A DNA stretch of 64,000 bases. Source: a virus. Shown here one piece after another: positions 46,896 through 56,717 of the stretch. The stretch covers positions 12,658 through 76,657 of IMG/VR virus record IMGVR_UViG_3300032284_002783, one strand, 5' to 3'. Positions within the stretch are counted from its first letter, which is position 1, and each line of letters begins with the position of its first letter. A program made the translations under genes and the position numbers. The notes beneath the pieces are model-generated. The model ran no database searches. It had not been told where the DNA came from and was given only the letters and a program-made list of their open reading frames with translations.

Positions 46896-47513
46896 TTAGA
46901 GTGATGTTCTTCGTTGTGCAATGACGTTACGTGCGTTGTCACTACCGCTAACAACGAATGTGCTTACGCCAACTGGTGTAGCTAGATCCTGTACAGCAAC
47001 TCCGTCGAGTACGTTTAGGAACTGATAACCTAGTTCATTGCTTTCTGCGGCTGAGCTGACATTCCATAGAAGTGTCTTTTCAGTTGCAATGTTTACAGTT
47101 GTTACAGTAAATGTTCCATTGAAGTCACTACCGAGGTTAGTTGCATTCAAGAAAGCACTGTATGTGCTTGTGTTTGGATTTTCATTTACTGAGCTTACGC
47201 TGATAGCAACTGGGTTAGCGCGAGTAGCAAAAAGCTGAATCAAAAGATTCAAGTTGTTCTGCTTCTTTAGAGCGTCTACGTAAGATGCCTGTGTGTTATA
47301 TGTAACTGGGTTACCAGAACCGTCAATTACTGTAACTGGCTGCCAAGTTGTGTATCCCTGTTGTGTGTAGAGATAAGCAACTGGAGTTGTTACGTTGGTC
47401 TGTGCCATTGGCACTACGGTCTTAACGGTATAGAAATCCATTTTGCCGGTGAGGAACTCACCACCATGGACTCCGCCATTTACCTTATCATTTGTACCTG
47501 TATTATAGGACAT
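46896..47513 (-). CDS. Probable abundant virion structural protein
   Basis: Own late promoter (47555-47560), AAGGAG SD, terminator; T/N/V-rich. Confidence 0.6.
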   Translation of the reverse strand: MSYNTGTNDKVNGGVHGGEFLTGKMDFYTVKTVVPMAQTNVTTPVAYLYTQQGYTTWQPVTVIDGSGNPVTYNTQASYVDALKKQNNLNLLIQLFATRANPVAISVSSVNENPNTSTYSAFLNATNLGSDFNGTFTVTTVNIATEKTLLWNVSSAAESNELGYQFLNVLDGVAVQDLATPVGVSTFVVSGSDNARNVIAQRRTSL

Positions 47514-47569
47514 AAAAGTTCTCCTTTGTTAAAATGCAAGTGTTTTTGCAATATTATTTAGCTGAGGAG

Positions 47570-48328
47570 TTATTTTTTACGCTTCTTAGCGCTTTTATTA
47601 GTTTTTCTTGGTTTTCTATGTATTTGTTGCTGCATAGGTGCAAAGAAACTTTGCCCAGGTGGCATTCTTTTAATTACAGCACCCATAGGAGACGCTACAC
47701 TGGCTATTGATCCAGCACCCGATGCTCCTCCGCTTGCTGTTTCATTTACAGTCTCTAAACGTATGCATTCTTTTAAGCTGTTATCAACAGCTTCTTTTTG
47801 CTTTTTCAATAGTTCTACAACTTTATCAATATTACCTGCATCCAACTCTTTTTGTATAGCTGTTTTGATCTGCTGGACCAACGGCGAATCATTTCTGTTT
47901 AAATGTTCTATTGCTTGTTTTACCTTTTCAATATCAATCTGTGGGGGTTTAGTAGCTGCAGTTTTTGTTTTGTTCTTATCTGATATTGTAGATTTTTTAG
48001 TGACATCTTTCTTTGTCGTTGCAGATGACGCCGGAGCAGATGTTGGTTGTTTTGCTCGTGCAACGGCTTTATCTATAACTTCTTTACCTAAACCGGCTTG
48101 AGTAAAAATATTTTTAATGTCATCCTTGTTTATAAGGATATTTGCTATAGAATCTGCTGTTATTTTTTTATCTTTTAACTTTGTTCCAACAAGTTTTACA
48201 AATTCATCGGCTATTGCTTTGATTTTGTTGGCACTTAAGCCGTCTTGCTCTTCTAGGAATCTATTTTCATAAAGATTTTTAAGTACTGCTTGACGAAGAA
48301 TATCAATTTTAAATTCAGTATATCTCAT
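47570..48328 (-). CDS. Hypothetical, probable head protein
   Basis: MRYTEF start; NETASGGASGAGSIASV motif. Confidence 0.55.
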   Translation of the reverse strand: MRYTEFKIDILRQAVLKNLYENRFLEEQDGLSANKIKAIADEFVKLVGTKLKDKKITADSIANILINKDDIKNIFTQAGLGKEVIDKAVARAKQPTSAPASSATTKKDVTKKSTISDKNKTKTAATKPPQIDIEKVKQAIEHLNRNDSPLVQQIKTAIQKELDAGNIDKVVELLKKQKEAVDNSLKECIRLETVNETASGGASGAGSIASVASPMGAVIKRMPPGQSFFAPMQQQIHRKPRKTNKSAKKRKK

Positions 48329-48329
48329 T

Positions 48330-48971
48330 TCAAAATCCTAAATCTTTTAAGGCACCGTCAAGAGCGGCCTTAGCTTTTTCTAAGTCATCTTTACTTGCCC
48401 CTGTAACATCAACCGGGGCTGCTGTAGCCGCCGGAGAAGGTGTAGGAGTCGGTGTTGGAGCAGGTGTAGGAGTCGGTGTAGGTGTTGGAGCAGGTGTAGG
48501 GGTTGGTGGTTGAGTATTAGGATTAGGATCTTCTATATTTTTCGTTTCAATTTTTTTATTAAGCCATTTAATGCATGATAATCTTACTATATATTCGCAT
48601 ATCTGTTTTGATATATTAGCTCTTTGTTCTTTAGTACCAACCGAATCAGCACCGCCAATTGGTTCATCAATTTTCAAATATGTAGATTGGTATTCATTCC
48701 ATTTTCCGGCTACAACAGATTTGATAAATGGCTCTAACTTTTTATCTTTTATAATGTCTCTTATGTCATCATTGTCAAAGTCAAAAGTATTTTTAATTGT
48801 CATAAACCTATATAAACTTCTCCAGGTTACTTCATCCCACTCTTCGCCTTGTCGACCACGCCAATCATCAAGTTTTCTTAAATTATCTTGAACATATCGA
48901 TTTAAGATGTTCTTACCCTGTTCATTTGGTTTTTTCCAAAAATCAAGAAAACCTTCATTCATCTTAGTCAT
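48330..48971 (-). CDS. Hypothetical protein with a Pro-Thr linker
   Basis: MNEGFLD start; (PT)n repeat. Confidence 0.6.
   Translation of the reverse strand: MTKMNEGFLDFWKKPNEQGKNILNRYVQDNLRKLDDWRGRQGEEWDEVTWRSLYRFMTIKNTFDFDNDDIRDIIKDKKLEPFIKSVVAGKWNEYQSTYLKIDEPIGGADSVGTKEQRANISKQICEYIVRLSCIKWLNKKIETKNIEDPNPNTQPPTPTPAPTPTPTPTPAPTPTPTPSPAATAAPVDVTGASKDDLEKAKAALDGALKDLGF
48435..48510 (-). repeat. Pro-Thr coding tandem repeat
   Basis: Repeated GGTGTAGGAGTCGGTGT / GGAGCAGGTGTAGG units encoding PTPTPAPTPTPTPTPAPTPTPTPSP. Confidence 0.8.
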
Positions 48972-49213
48972 GAATTTTTCCTTATTTCTTTTATTTTGCG
49001 AACAAACTTTTTTTGATCTGCACTGGCAATACTTCTGTGTAATCTTTTTACTAAATCTTCTGCTATTTCAGGTTCATAGCTTTCTCTAATTAATGTTATA
49101 AGATTTAAAGCACTGGCAATTAAATGCACAGCTCTGCTTTCAATAATTGCATGCTTGTTTTTAGCAGGAACTATACTGTCTAATTCTTCAATAATACTTT
49201 TGATGTTGTCCAC
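48968..49213 (-). CDS. Conserved hypothetical protein
   Basis: Probable GTG start (VDNIKSIIEEL) after the late promoter at 49239-49244; the longer track ORF overlaps the divergent gene. Confidence 0.6.
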   Translation of the reverse strand: MDNIKSIIEELDSIVPAKNKHAIIESRAVHLIASALNLITLIRESYEPEIAEDLVKRLHRSIASADQKKFVRKIKEIRKNS

Positions 49214-49287
49214 AATAAGACCTATTCTTTTAACACAATATTTATGAGTAATTAACCATAAATATACCAATAATATAGGAGTCAAAA

Positions 49288-50010
49288 ATGAGTTTAGCAC
49301 CGGAAAATTTCCGTGTAATTGCCGATAGAATTGAGCAATTGATGAACGAAGCCGAAAAAATTGACGGAGAACCAAGTGCCGACGATAATAATCGTAAATC
49401 ACTAGATGATTTGTTAAGCAGTCCAGCCGGAGCTAAAAAATTAGCTGATCAAATTGATAAAAATAAACTTGTTAATATTTTAAAACTTGATACAGCAGAC
49501 GGCGACGATTTATGGATGAGCATCCAAAATTTAAGCAAAGACAGTCCAACTATTAGCAAAGAAAACAGTTTAGCTATTTTGAAGGCTTTTCAAAAGTTAG
49601 CTCCAAAAAGTGGCAGTGAAGATGCACTATCTATTAATGAAGCTTTCTTGATTGAAAAATATAATAAAAACTTTGATGACCCTGTAGGATGGTCAATTGT
49701 AGAAAAAACAATAAAAAAAGCCAGTGAAATCAGTCCTCTAGCGAAGGATTATGCACTACATCTAGCCAACACACTAACTAAAGGTAGTAAAAACAGAAAC
49801 CTCGACGAGGGATTAGAAGGTGTTTTCAACGCTGTAATATATGCTGTTTCTATTGCCGAAACTGGCGATCGTTCTGCACTGTTGCACATGATAGATGATT
49901 TTGAAACCAAATATGAAGGCGATACATATGCGTTTGATCAGAATCTCTGGAACGACCTAATGAAAAATCTCAAAGGTTCAGCTAAAGAAGTATTGGTAAG
50001 AGCAAAATAA
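49288..50010 (+). CDS. Hypothetical protein
   Basis: TAAATA at 49259-49264 and AGGAG SD. Confidence 0.7.
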   Translation: MSLAPENFRVIADRIEQLMNEAEKIDGEPSADDNNRKSLDDLLSSPAGAKKLADQIDKNKLVNILKLDTADGDDLWMSIQNLSKDSPTISKENSLAILKAFQKLAPKSGSEDALSINEAFLIEKYNKNFDDPVGWSIVEKTIKKASEISPLAKDYALHLANTLTKGSKNRNLDEGLEGVFNAVIYAVSIAETGDRSALLHMIDDFETKYEGDTYAFDQNLWNDLMKNLKGSAKEVLVRAK

Positions 50011-51399
50011 TTAGCGTCTAATTAAAGCTGTAAGGCTACTAAGGTCCTTAATACTTTTGATTTCGCCCGTTGGTGCAGAGTCAGGTTTGCTACCAGAATT
50101 GTTTTTACGTCTTAAATCTGCAAAAACATCAGCGGTTGTATTTGTTCTTACAACATCCTGAGATTCGTCATCTATATTGAAAATCTTAAGAGTGTTTGGA
50201 TCAAATCCCAGTGCCACTTTGCTTCCTACACCGCTGCTACTTCTAGTCTTCAAAAACTGTATCTGATATTGTCCGCGCTCTTTCATTGCCGCACTAGCAA
50301 AAATTGAGATAACATTATCAGCTGTTTGAATCTTTGAAATACCACCCGATATATGGCTGTGATCATGTTCCTGCTCTTGCACAGCACCTCTGTTAAGCTG
50401 AGCAGCAGTTTGACCAATCATCTGTCTTTCAACCATTAGACCTCTAAGCTCTTCGGTGACGAACTTATCCTTCACAAACAGATTAGACACATCAATCTTC
50501 TTGTTATTTGGAAATAATAGATCCAAATAGTCTACTACTAATACGTCTGGTTTACGCTGTGTCTTGATCTCATAGTTTTTCAAATAAGCCTTGATATCAT
50601 TTACAGTGCTACCCTGCGGCATTTGCTTGACATGCAAGCTACCACTCTTGTGTCCTATTTGCTTAACTTTGATTTCAACTTCGTCTATTCTTCTAAAAAC
50701 TTCTTTAGTTGGTACTTCACTGCACATACTATCCATACGCATAGAGCACAGTTCTTCACTTAGTTCCAGCGTTATGTAGATAACATTAAGACCTTGTCTG
50801 CTAAAGTTAATAGCTAGATTTTGCAAGAACAAACTTTTACCAACACCAGATCCTGCACACCAAATAGTTATTTCACCTCTATTAACTCCGCCATAAAGTT
50901 TGTCATCTACATTCTTCCAGCCAGTAGTAACCTGTCCGTTTTTATCTTTAATTCTTAGCAGTCTTGATCTAGGATCTTCAAAGTAGTTTGTACCAATATC
51001 ACTTTGCAAGCTGATTAATATAGCTTCTCTTACACGCTTTTCAACTTCGCCGTAGTTGCCTTTTTCAATTAAATCTGCTGCATTGATAACTGCATTTGCT
51101 AGAGCTCTGTTTTTGCAAAACTCTTCTATTTCATCAAGAAATGCTTCTTGATGCTGAGGTCCAATATCAGATATATGCGTAAAATCTAAACTAGTTTCTG
51201 CATTAACCTGCTCAACTTTAGGTAATACGTTATATTCATTTGCATGCTTTATCATAAATCTTACCGCAGGGCGCAGTTTATTAACAAAATAGTCTGCATT
51301 TAAGATATTTTGACATCTAGCGAAGATTTCACTAGAGCTCAGCAGTACGTTGATTAACAGTTTTTGTTTGTCTTCATTATATTCTTTTAAATCCGCCAT
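50011..51399 (-). CDS. Replicative DnaB-like helicase (gp41-like)
   Basis: AGSGVGKS Walker A, ITLELSE, VVDYLDL, AAQLNR, LKTRSS. Confidence 0.92.
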   Translation of the reverse strand: MADLKEYNEDKQKLLINVLLSSSEIFARCQNILNADYFVNKLRPAVRFMIKHANEYNVLPKVEQVNAETSLDFTHISDIGPQHQEAFLDEIEEFCKNRALANAVINAADLIEKGNYGEVEKRVREAILISLQSDIGTNYFEDPRSRLLRIKDKNGQVTTGWKNVDDKLYGGVNRGEITIWCAGSGVGKSLFLQNLAINFSRQGLNVIYITLELSEELCSMRMDSMCSEVPTKEVFRRIDEVEIKVKQIGHKSGSLHVKQMPQGSTVNDIKAYLKNYEIKTQRKPDVLVVDYLDLLFPNNKKIDVSNLFVKDKFVTEELRGLMVERQMIGQTAAQLNRGAVQEQEHDHSHISGGISKIQTADNVISIFASAAMKERGQYQIQFLKTRSSSGVGSKVALGFDPNTLKIFNIDDESQDVVRTNTTADVFADLRRKNNSGSKPDSAPTGEIKSIKDLSSLTALIRR

Positions 51400-51400
51400 C

Positions 51401-52426
51401 TTATCCTCTAAACATTTTACGCTTTATTTCTATTTGTAATCTACTATTTGTTCGAAATTTTATAATGCTAGCAAGTGTATATAGCTGTCCATAGCGCAAT
51501 TGTGCATCGGCTGCATCCTTAATATTTTCTTCCCATTCGGGAAAACTTACAGACCATTCATTGCTCAATGCAATATCAATTAGATGTTGATTTTTACGTT
51601 GTCTATCAGGCAATACAATTTTTTCTTTATCAGTTGAATTAAGCCACATAATTTGACTCTTATTCATTTCACTGCCTAGAGCTGCTACACCATCTATGGC
51701 AATAGCATCAAACGGTCCTTCAACAAGTATGACAAATTTACGTTTTGGTTTATGTATTACATCTGCATTAAACAAATAGCCTGTTGGAACATTACTATTG
51801 TAATACCTTGGTGTACCCTCTGGTGGTTTGCCAGCATATCTTGCCGTCCATCCTACTATTTTACCCTTATGCCTAAAAGGAATAATAATTCTCTTATTTA
51901 GATCCCACTTACTACTAGCTGACCAATGATAATCCCATCCGTTATAAATTGCCGGTCCTCTAGATTGTAGATATTCTATAGTTTGAATATAATTCTTATC
52001 AGAAATATTATCGTCAGCAAGAGATGCTATTGGTAAGGAATATTCTGGCAAATCAACTTCGGGAAAGTCTTCTCTGTAAAATACAGGAGTATCAACTTCG
52101 TCTGGAAAATCTCCATTAATTTTCATACTGAGAAGTTGAAGCTTTGCTTCTTGTATTTTTTCTCTAGGAACATTCAAATAACCTAACCATGTTTGAAATT
52201 TTTGGCTAAGTTCGCTACCTTTATATCTAGCTTTGAAACCACAATTATAACAGTTAACTACAATTGATCCGTCGTCGGCAACCAACATATTGCCACGGCT
52301 TCTGGTATCCTGATTGTGACCTCGATGATGGCAACATGGTGCATTAAACACGATCCATCTCTTAGAGGTTTGTCTTCTTTTTGCAGGCAAATAGTCATAT
52401 ATTAAAGAATGTATCAGAAGAGCCAT
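51401..52426 (-). CDS. DNA primase (gp61-like)
   Basis: APCC..CYNC zinc domain, RIIIPF, VGWTAR, LVEGPFDA, PD..D TOPRIM. Confidence 0.88.
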   Translation of the reverse strand: MALLIHSLIYDYLPAKRRQTSKRWIVFNAPCCHHRGHNQDTRSRGNMLVADDGSIVVNCYNCGFKARYKGSELSQKFQTWLGYLNVPREKIQEAKLQLLSMKINGDFPDEVDTPVFYREDFPEVDLPEYSLPIASLADDNISDKNYIQTIEYLQSRGPAIYNGWDYHWSASSKWDLNKRIIIPFRHKGKIVGWTARYAGKPPEGTPRYYNSNVPTGYLFNADVIHKPKRKFVILVEGPFDAIAIDGVAALGSEMNKSQIMWLNSTDKEKIVLPDRQRKNQHLIDIALSNEWSVSFPEWEENIKDAADAQLRYGQLYTLASIIKFRTNSRLQIEIKRKMFRG

Positions 52427-52467
52427 GTAATATATTACAGATAATCATTCAACGGCTACAAATAATA

Positions 52468-53301
52468 TTAACTCTTATATTGAATCTTTATAAATTGCCC
52501 TTTATTTTGAGGATCGACAGTATAGAACATTCTTACCCAATAATAATTACCTACAAAATTAAACACTTTTATCGGTACATCATGAGTTTTGCCGCTATTA
52601 GCATTATAGCAATACTCAAAATATTTGTCGTGCTGCCCAATTTGAATATCAAACCAGTCATTTTCTCCTGGTGCCGTAAGACTCAAACTTGCCTGAATCC
52701 AAAATTTACCAAGAAATTTATCAGTGTATGCAACAACTGTATGCATACCATTAGCTTGATTACTTTGGGCACTACCAATCAATGCACCTGTACTCCAGGT
52801 ATTGTCATAATAGCCTAGAGGATAAGGAGTAAAATCCTTAGCTAAAATTTCCGTTGAAGGAACTAAGCTTACACTCATTGTTTCAACCAACTCAAATGAG
52901 CTAATTGTGCTTCGATTTATGTCAGTATAAAGAAACTCTTGTTTACCTGTAACATCAGTTAATTTGATACTATATTGATAATAACCAGCTAACCAGTCCT
53001 CAATTTCGTTACTGGTTAGAAATAATTGTGCTTTGCCCGCAGTCTCATCGGTAGCTCTAACTGGTTTGGTAAGCAATATTTCGGGTTGGTCAACACGTTG
53101 AATTAAAGCTTGTATCTTGTACCCAACTAAATTAACTGGTTTTCTATCGTTGTTGCGTACAATAAAATCGATTGTATTACTGACGCCTTTGTATATTTTT
53201 ATGTTATATTGGATCATAGGAAGATTTATGTTAGGTGCATTGCGATCAGCCTGGCATAATTGGACATATTCTTTGAATTGAAATAATGCTTGGTCTGCCA
53301 T
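52468..53301 (-). CDS. Probable virion/baseplate protein
   Basis: IYKGVSNTIDF..N.DRKPV..GYYQYSI beta-sandwich pattern; late promoter at 53325-53330. Confidence 0.5.
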   Translation of the reverse strand: MADQALFQFKEYVQLCQADRNAPNINLPMIQYNIKIYKGVSNTIDFIVRNNDRKPVNLVGYKIQALIQRVDQPEILLTKPVRATDETAGKAQLFLTSNEIEDWLAGYYQYSIKLTDVTGKQEFLYTDINRSTISSFELVETMSVSLVPSTEILAKDFTPYPLGYYDNTWSTGALIGSAQSNQANGMHTVVAYTDKFLGKFWIQASLSLTAPGENDWFDIQIGQHDKYFEYCYNANSGKTHDVPIKVFNFVGNYYWVRMFYTVDPQNKGQFIKIQYKS

Positions 53302-53352
53302 GAAAAATCATTTGCCTTTCATGATATTTATCACTAAATAAATTCACCAGCC

Positions 53353-53733
53353 ATGAGCATAAAAGAACAAAACATTCAAAAAACACTACGAGATAAGTTC
53401 CCATTTTTAACAATAGTTCAATATTTGGGCCAAGAATATATAGGAATAATACAAAATTGTGATAATCAATTTGTAAGTATCTACATATTAGACGGAACTT
53501 TTAGCACCGAAATGAAGCTTGATTTTCTAAAATGTGGCGACACATGGTGGTGGGAAAGCAACCGTAGCATTCCTATTAATTTGTTTTTAAAAACCGAATT
53601 TTCTAAATTTAAACCTTGGCTTCGCACATTTGCCAAAAAAGAAGCTGAAATTATTGAAGGCCCAACTGTTAATTTGTATGATTTGATTAACAGAAAATTG
53701 AAAAGACGCACGATTCAATTGGTAAAATCGTAA
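53353..53733 (+). CDS. Conserved hypothetical protein
   Basis: FPFLT..EYIGIIQN..WWWESNRSIPINLFL; late promoter at 53335-53340. Confidence 0.7.
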   Translation: MSIKEQNIQKTLRDKFPFLTIVQYLGQEYIGIIQNCDNQFVSIYILDGTFSTEMKLDFLKCGDTWWWESNRSIPINLFLKTEFSKFKPWLRTFAKKEAEIIEGPTVNLYDLINRKLKRRTIQLVKS

Positions 53734-53952
53734 TTAAAATACTAATGTTAATAAGGTTTCTTTATCTAATACACGTACTGTAACTTTTAGTGGACAGTGT
53801 TGTGTAGTGATAGTATAAACTATCTTGCTTTGTTCTGCACTCCATCTGTCCAGAAGGGTACGCAATGCATTTTCTGTGATTGCGTCCCATAATTCAAATT
53901 TTAAGCAGGCTTCTATTGCATTAGAAAGGATAATGCACTCCGACGGTTTCAC
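53734..53952 (-). CDS. Hypothetical protein
   Basis: 72-aa ORF directly after the upstream stop. Confidence 0.5.
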   Translation of the reverse strand: MKPSECIILSNAIEACLKFELWDAITENALRTLLDRWSAEQSKIVYTITTQHCPLKVTVRVLDKETLLTLVF

Positions 53953-53953
53953 A

Positions 53954-54427
53954 TTAATCCTTAAGTGTAGTGACTTTAACCTTAACAGTTACAGTGCCGT
54001 CCTTATTCACTTTTGCCTTTAGGGGCGTTTTACGCTCTTTGGCTGCTGCTTGCTCTTCAGTTTCTTGAGCGTCACTCCATTTTTGCCAATGCTCGAGGTT
54101 AGTCCAAGCAAATACTGCTGCATCACTTTTATTTTTGAACTTGATAAGAGCATCAACATCCTTGCTGTCCTTATCCATATACACCTTGACGCTGTATTCG
54201 CCATCGACATTACGAAGGCTCTTTAAGGTCAGTTGCCACACATCGCTAGTAATTTTTGGACTACGAAACAAAAATCCTTTGTCAATTTTGCTCTTATGGT
54301 TCTTTAAAGGATCAAAATCTAATCCTTTGGCAATAACCTGATTTACATCTTGATTCCTACTTACCATACTAACAGTTGTTCCAAACATATTAGTTTGGCT
54401 TTTGAGTTTCAAGCTAACCGATGCCAT
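53954..54427 (-). CDS. Hypothetical protein
   Basis: GGAGG SD; contains IKFKNKSDAAVFAW, resembling the small-protein family motif. Confidence 0.65.
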   Translation of the reverse strand: MASVSLKLKSQTNMFGTTVSMVSRNQDVNQVIAKGLDFDPLKNHKSKIDKGFLFRSPKITSDVWQLTLKSLRNVDGEYSVKVYMDKDSKDVDALIKFKNKSDAAVFAWTNLEHWQKWSDAQETEEQAAAKERKTPLKAKVNKDGTVTVKVKVTTLKD

Positions 54428-54467
54428 AAAAATCCTCCAACATTGTTATTATTATAACACAACGTAT

Positions 54468-55061
54468 CTATTGGTCAAGCACTGATTTTTCTATAAGCAA
54501 ACAAGCATGAACTTTAACTAAAAGTGCGTAACTATGGGCGTGACTAGCTTTGAAAGAATAAGAATCTTCGCTAGATATCCAAATTTCATTTTTGATTGAA
54601 TCAAATCCGTGTTTTTTGCAGGTTTCAATTAGATGCCGTTTGCCCGGACGAATTAAAGCCAAAATTATTGCTAAATCTGTTATAGATTTTGGTTTTAATT
54701 CAGCAACTAATGCAGAATGATTTCCTATGTGAATGAGATTCTGCACAAATTCTGTATATTGAAAAATATTCCAGTCTATTTCTTGATTAATAAGGTTAAT
54801 CAAGTGTTCTTCAGATTTGATCTGTTCATACACATGTACATTTAGCAAATCAATTTTATAACAGTTATTTTGTTCTGCAGCTTGATAATTCCAACTACAG
54901 AGATTAGTTAAAGGATCAACCGGCACTGCATGAAAGTAAACTCCTGTATTGTGCTTTTCTAAAGCACCGTCCTTTATCATTGATGCAGGAATATGCTCCA
55001 AAACAGATAATGCTAAATTACGGTCAGCAAAATCAATATCAATATCGCCAACAGTTTTCAT
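54468..55061 (-). CDS. Miniature DNA polymerase III alpha (DnaE)-like protein
   Basis: GDIDIDF, KHNTGVY, KIDLL, LALIRPG, YSFKASHAHSYA in only 197 aa. Confidence 0.8.
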   Translation of the reverse strand: MKTVGDIDIDFADRNLALSVLEHIPASMIKDGALEKHNTGVYFHAVPVDPLTNLCSWNYQAAEQNNCYKIDLLNVHVYEQIKSEEHLINLINQEIDWNIFQYTEFVQNLIHIGNHSALVAELKPKSITDLAIILALIRPGKRHLIETCKKHGFDSIKNEIWISSEDSYSFKASHAHSYALLVKVHACLLIEKSVLDQ

Positions 55062-55067
55062 ATAACA

Positions 55068-55367
55068 TTATGTGTCATGCGACACTTTGGTGTCAAGTGC
55101 ATTTCGAATATCAACTATCTGTTTGTCTTTTAGTCTTAGCTGCCCTTGTAACTGGCGAACCATTTGCTCAGTTATTAATAGTCGTTGTTTTAAATTATTC
55201 AACAAATTTTCAAGTTTAGCGAATTCAACAGGATCTACAGAATGAAATTTTTGCCCGGCAATTTCAACTTCGGTAATCATGCCGCTGCGAGTTGCTTTAA
55301 CATTAGTTTGAGGAGTTTTTTCTGTTACAAAATCTCTAGTGTCATACTGATCATATATATCATTCAT
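55068..55367 (-). CDS. Coiled-coil hypothetical protein
   Basis: 99-aa ORF with heptad-rich C-terminus. Confidence 0.6.
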   Translation of the reverse strand: MNDIYDQYDTRDFVTEKTPQTNVKATRSGMITEVEIAGQKFHSVDPVEFAKLENLLNNLKQRLLITEQMVRQLQGQLRLKDKQIVDIRNALDTKVSHDT

Positions 55368-55368
55368 T

Positions 55369-56070
55369 TTACATACCGCTTTCTTTTAACGTGGTTCGAA
55401 TAAATTTGCAGGAGTCTTGATTTTTGTTAAATTTTATTTTCCAGGGCCCAGGTGGTGCGTGCTTTTTAATTAAAGCAACCTGCTCTGGATTACATCTTTC
55501 AAAAAAGTCAATAGCACTGTCAACATTATATAGCACCCAAGGACTAATTTTGCCGTTCATTATCCATGCAACAGCTTGATTAGTGTTAACCTTTCGGAAA
55601 AAGTTGTACCATTGTTCTCCGTTTTGTGAACTCCAATCGTTCATTAGCTTGATATTTCGCTCTAATGCACTTTCAGCACTTTCTTGTCTTACCAATTGAA
55701 TAACATATTGTTCATAAACAAAATCGTGTGCCCATTTATCAATAGGAATGTTGTTTTTTATTACATAATCAATAAACTTTTGAGGTTCGATAGCATTTAA
55801 GTTATGGATTTGTTTGCCAAATTTTACAAATGCAGTATAATATCTTGAATTAATAAAACTTTCAAAAGTTGTTTCATCCTTTTTATTCATATAGGAGTTT
55901 AATTCATAGAATCTAGTCCATGCTAAAAATGCAATGCGAATGTGTGGCTCGTCTTTACTAAACCATCTTCTTTTCTTTTCGCAGCTATGATTAATCAGAG
56001 AGATTTCTTTTTTGAAATTACGTTTACAAAAATTACAAACATAATCTGTCATTTGTTCAACTTTTTCCAT
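55369..56070 (-). CDS. Zinc-finger-containing, probably replication-associated protein
   Basis: YVCNFCKRNF..L..HSC N-terminus; located in the replication block. Confidence 0.6.
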   Translation of the reverse strand: MEKVEQMTDYVCNFCKRNFKKEISLINHSCEKKRRWFSKDEPHIRIAFLAWTRFYELNSYMNKKDETTFESFINSRYYTAFVKFGKQIHNLNAIEPQKFIDYVIKNNIPIDKWAHDFVYEQYVIQLVRQESAESALERNIKLMNDWSSQNGEQWYNFFRKVNTNQAVAWIMNGKISPWVLYNVDSAIDFFERCNPEQVALIKKHAPPGPWKIKFNKNQDSCKFIRTTLKESGM

Positions 56071-56540
56071 TCTGCTGTGAGATTTTTTATTTCCGCAGGT
56101 GATAGACCGCTTATATTTAGAAAATCTACAAATGATTCATAATCCAGTTGCTCATACATAAGCTCAATTTCATCTATTTTTTGTTCAGGATAATATTCGC
56201 ATAAAAATTCAATTATCTTATTTTTTGTCTTTCTATTTTTCAAGCCAATCCATGGCCTATATTGTTTGCCGCCTAATCCGCACAAACATAATAGCTGATG
56301 CTGCAGCTCTTTATGTTTATCTAATTGCCAAAATCCAACATTTACTAAATCGTTTGTTGCTAATACCGCATATGCAATATTTTTGTTTTGATCTGTTACA
56401 CTGCTAATATAACGCATGAGAATTAATGGTACATATGCTTTTTTCTCTTCTTCATTCAAAGCTGAGTAGAATTTTAGATTACGTTTGTCTATAGCTTGTA
56501 ATACAGTAGTCAAATCCAATTTGTATTTTTTTGTACTCAA
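56049..56540 (-). CDS. Clamp-loader small subunit (gp62-like)
   Basis: LNEEEKKAY.P.ILMRYISS..N..VN..F..L.KHKELQ..LL..WI pattern. Confidence 0.55.
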   Translation of the reverse strand: MSTKKYKLDLTTVLQAIDKRNLKFYSALNEEEKKAYVPLILMRYISSVTDQNKNIAYAVLATNDLVNVGFWQLDKHKELQHQLLCLCGLGGKQYRPWIGLKNRKTKNKIIEFLCEYYPEQKIDEIELMYEQLDYESFVDFLNISGLSPAEIKNLTAEWKKLNK

Positions 56541-56717
56541 CTTATTTCTCCTAATACAACATTTATTTGTAATTGTTTTTGCTGGGTTTTACAAGACACG
56601 AAATAAACTACATAGTCTACCAAAAACACTGTGCATCATAAATACATTGTCCAAATAGTTGGACTTATGCGGCCCCCACCGCGTAGCCCCAGAACGGCAT
56701 AAAAAAGGAGAAAACAA

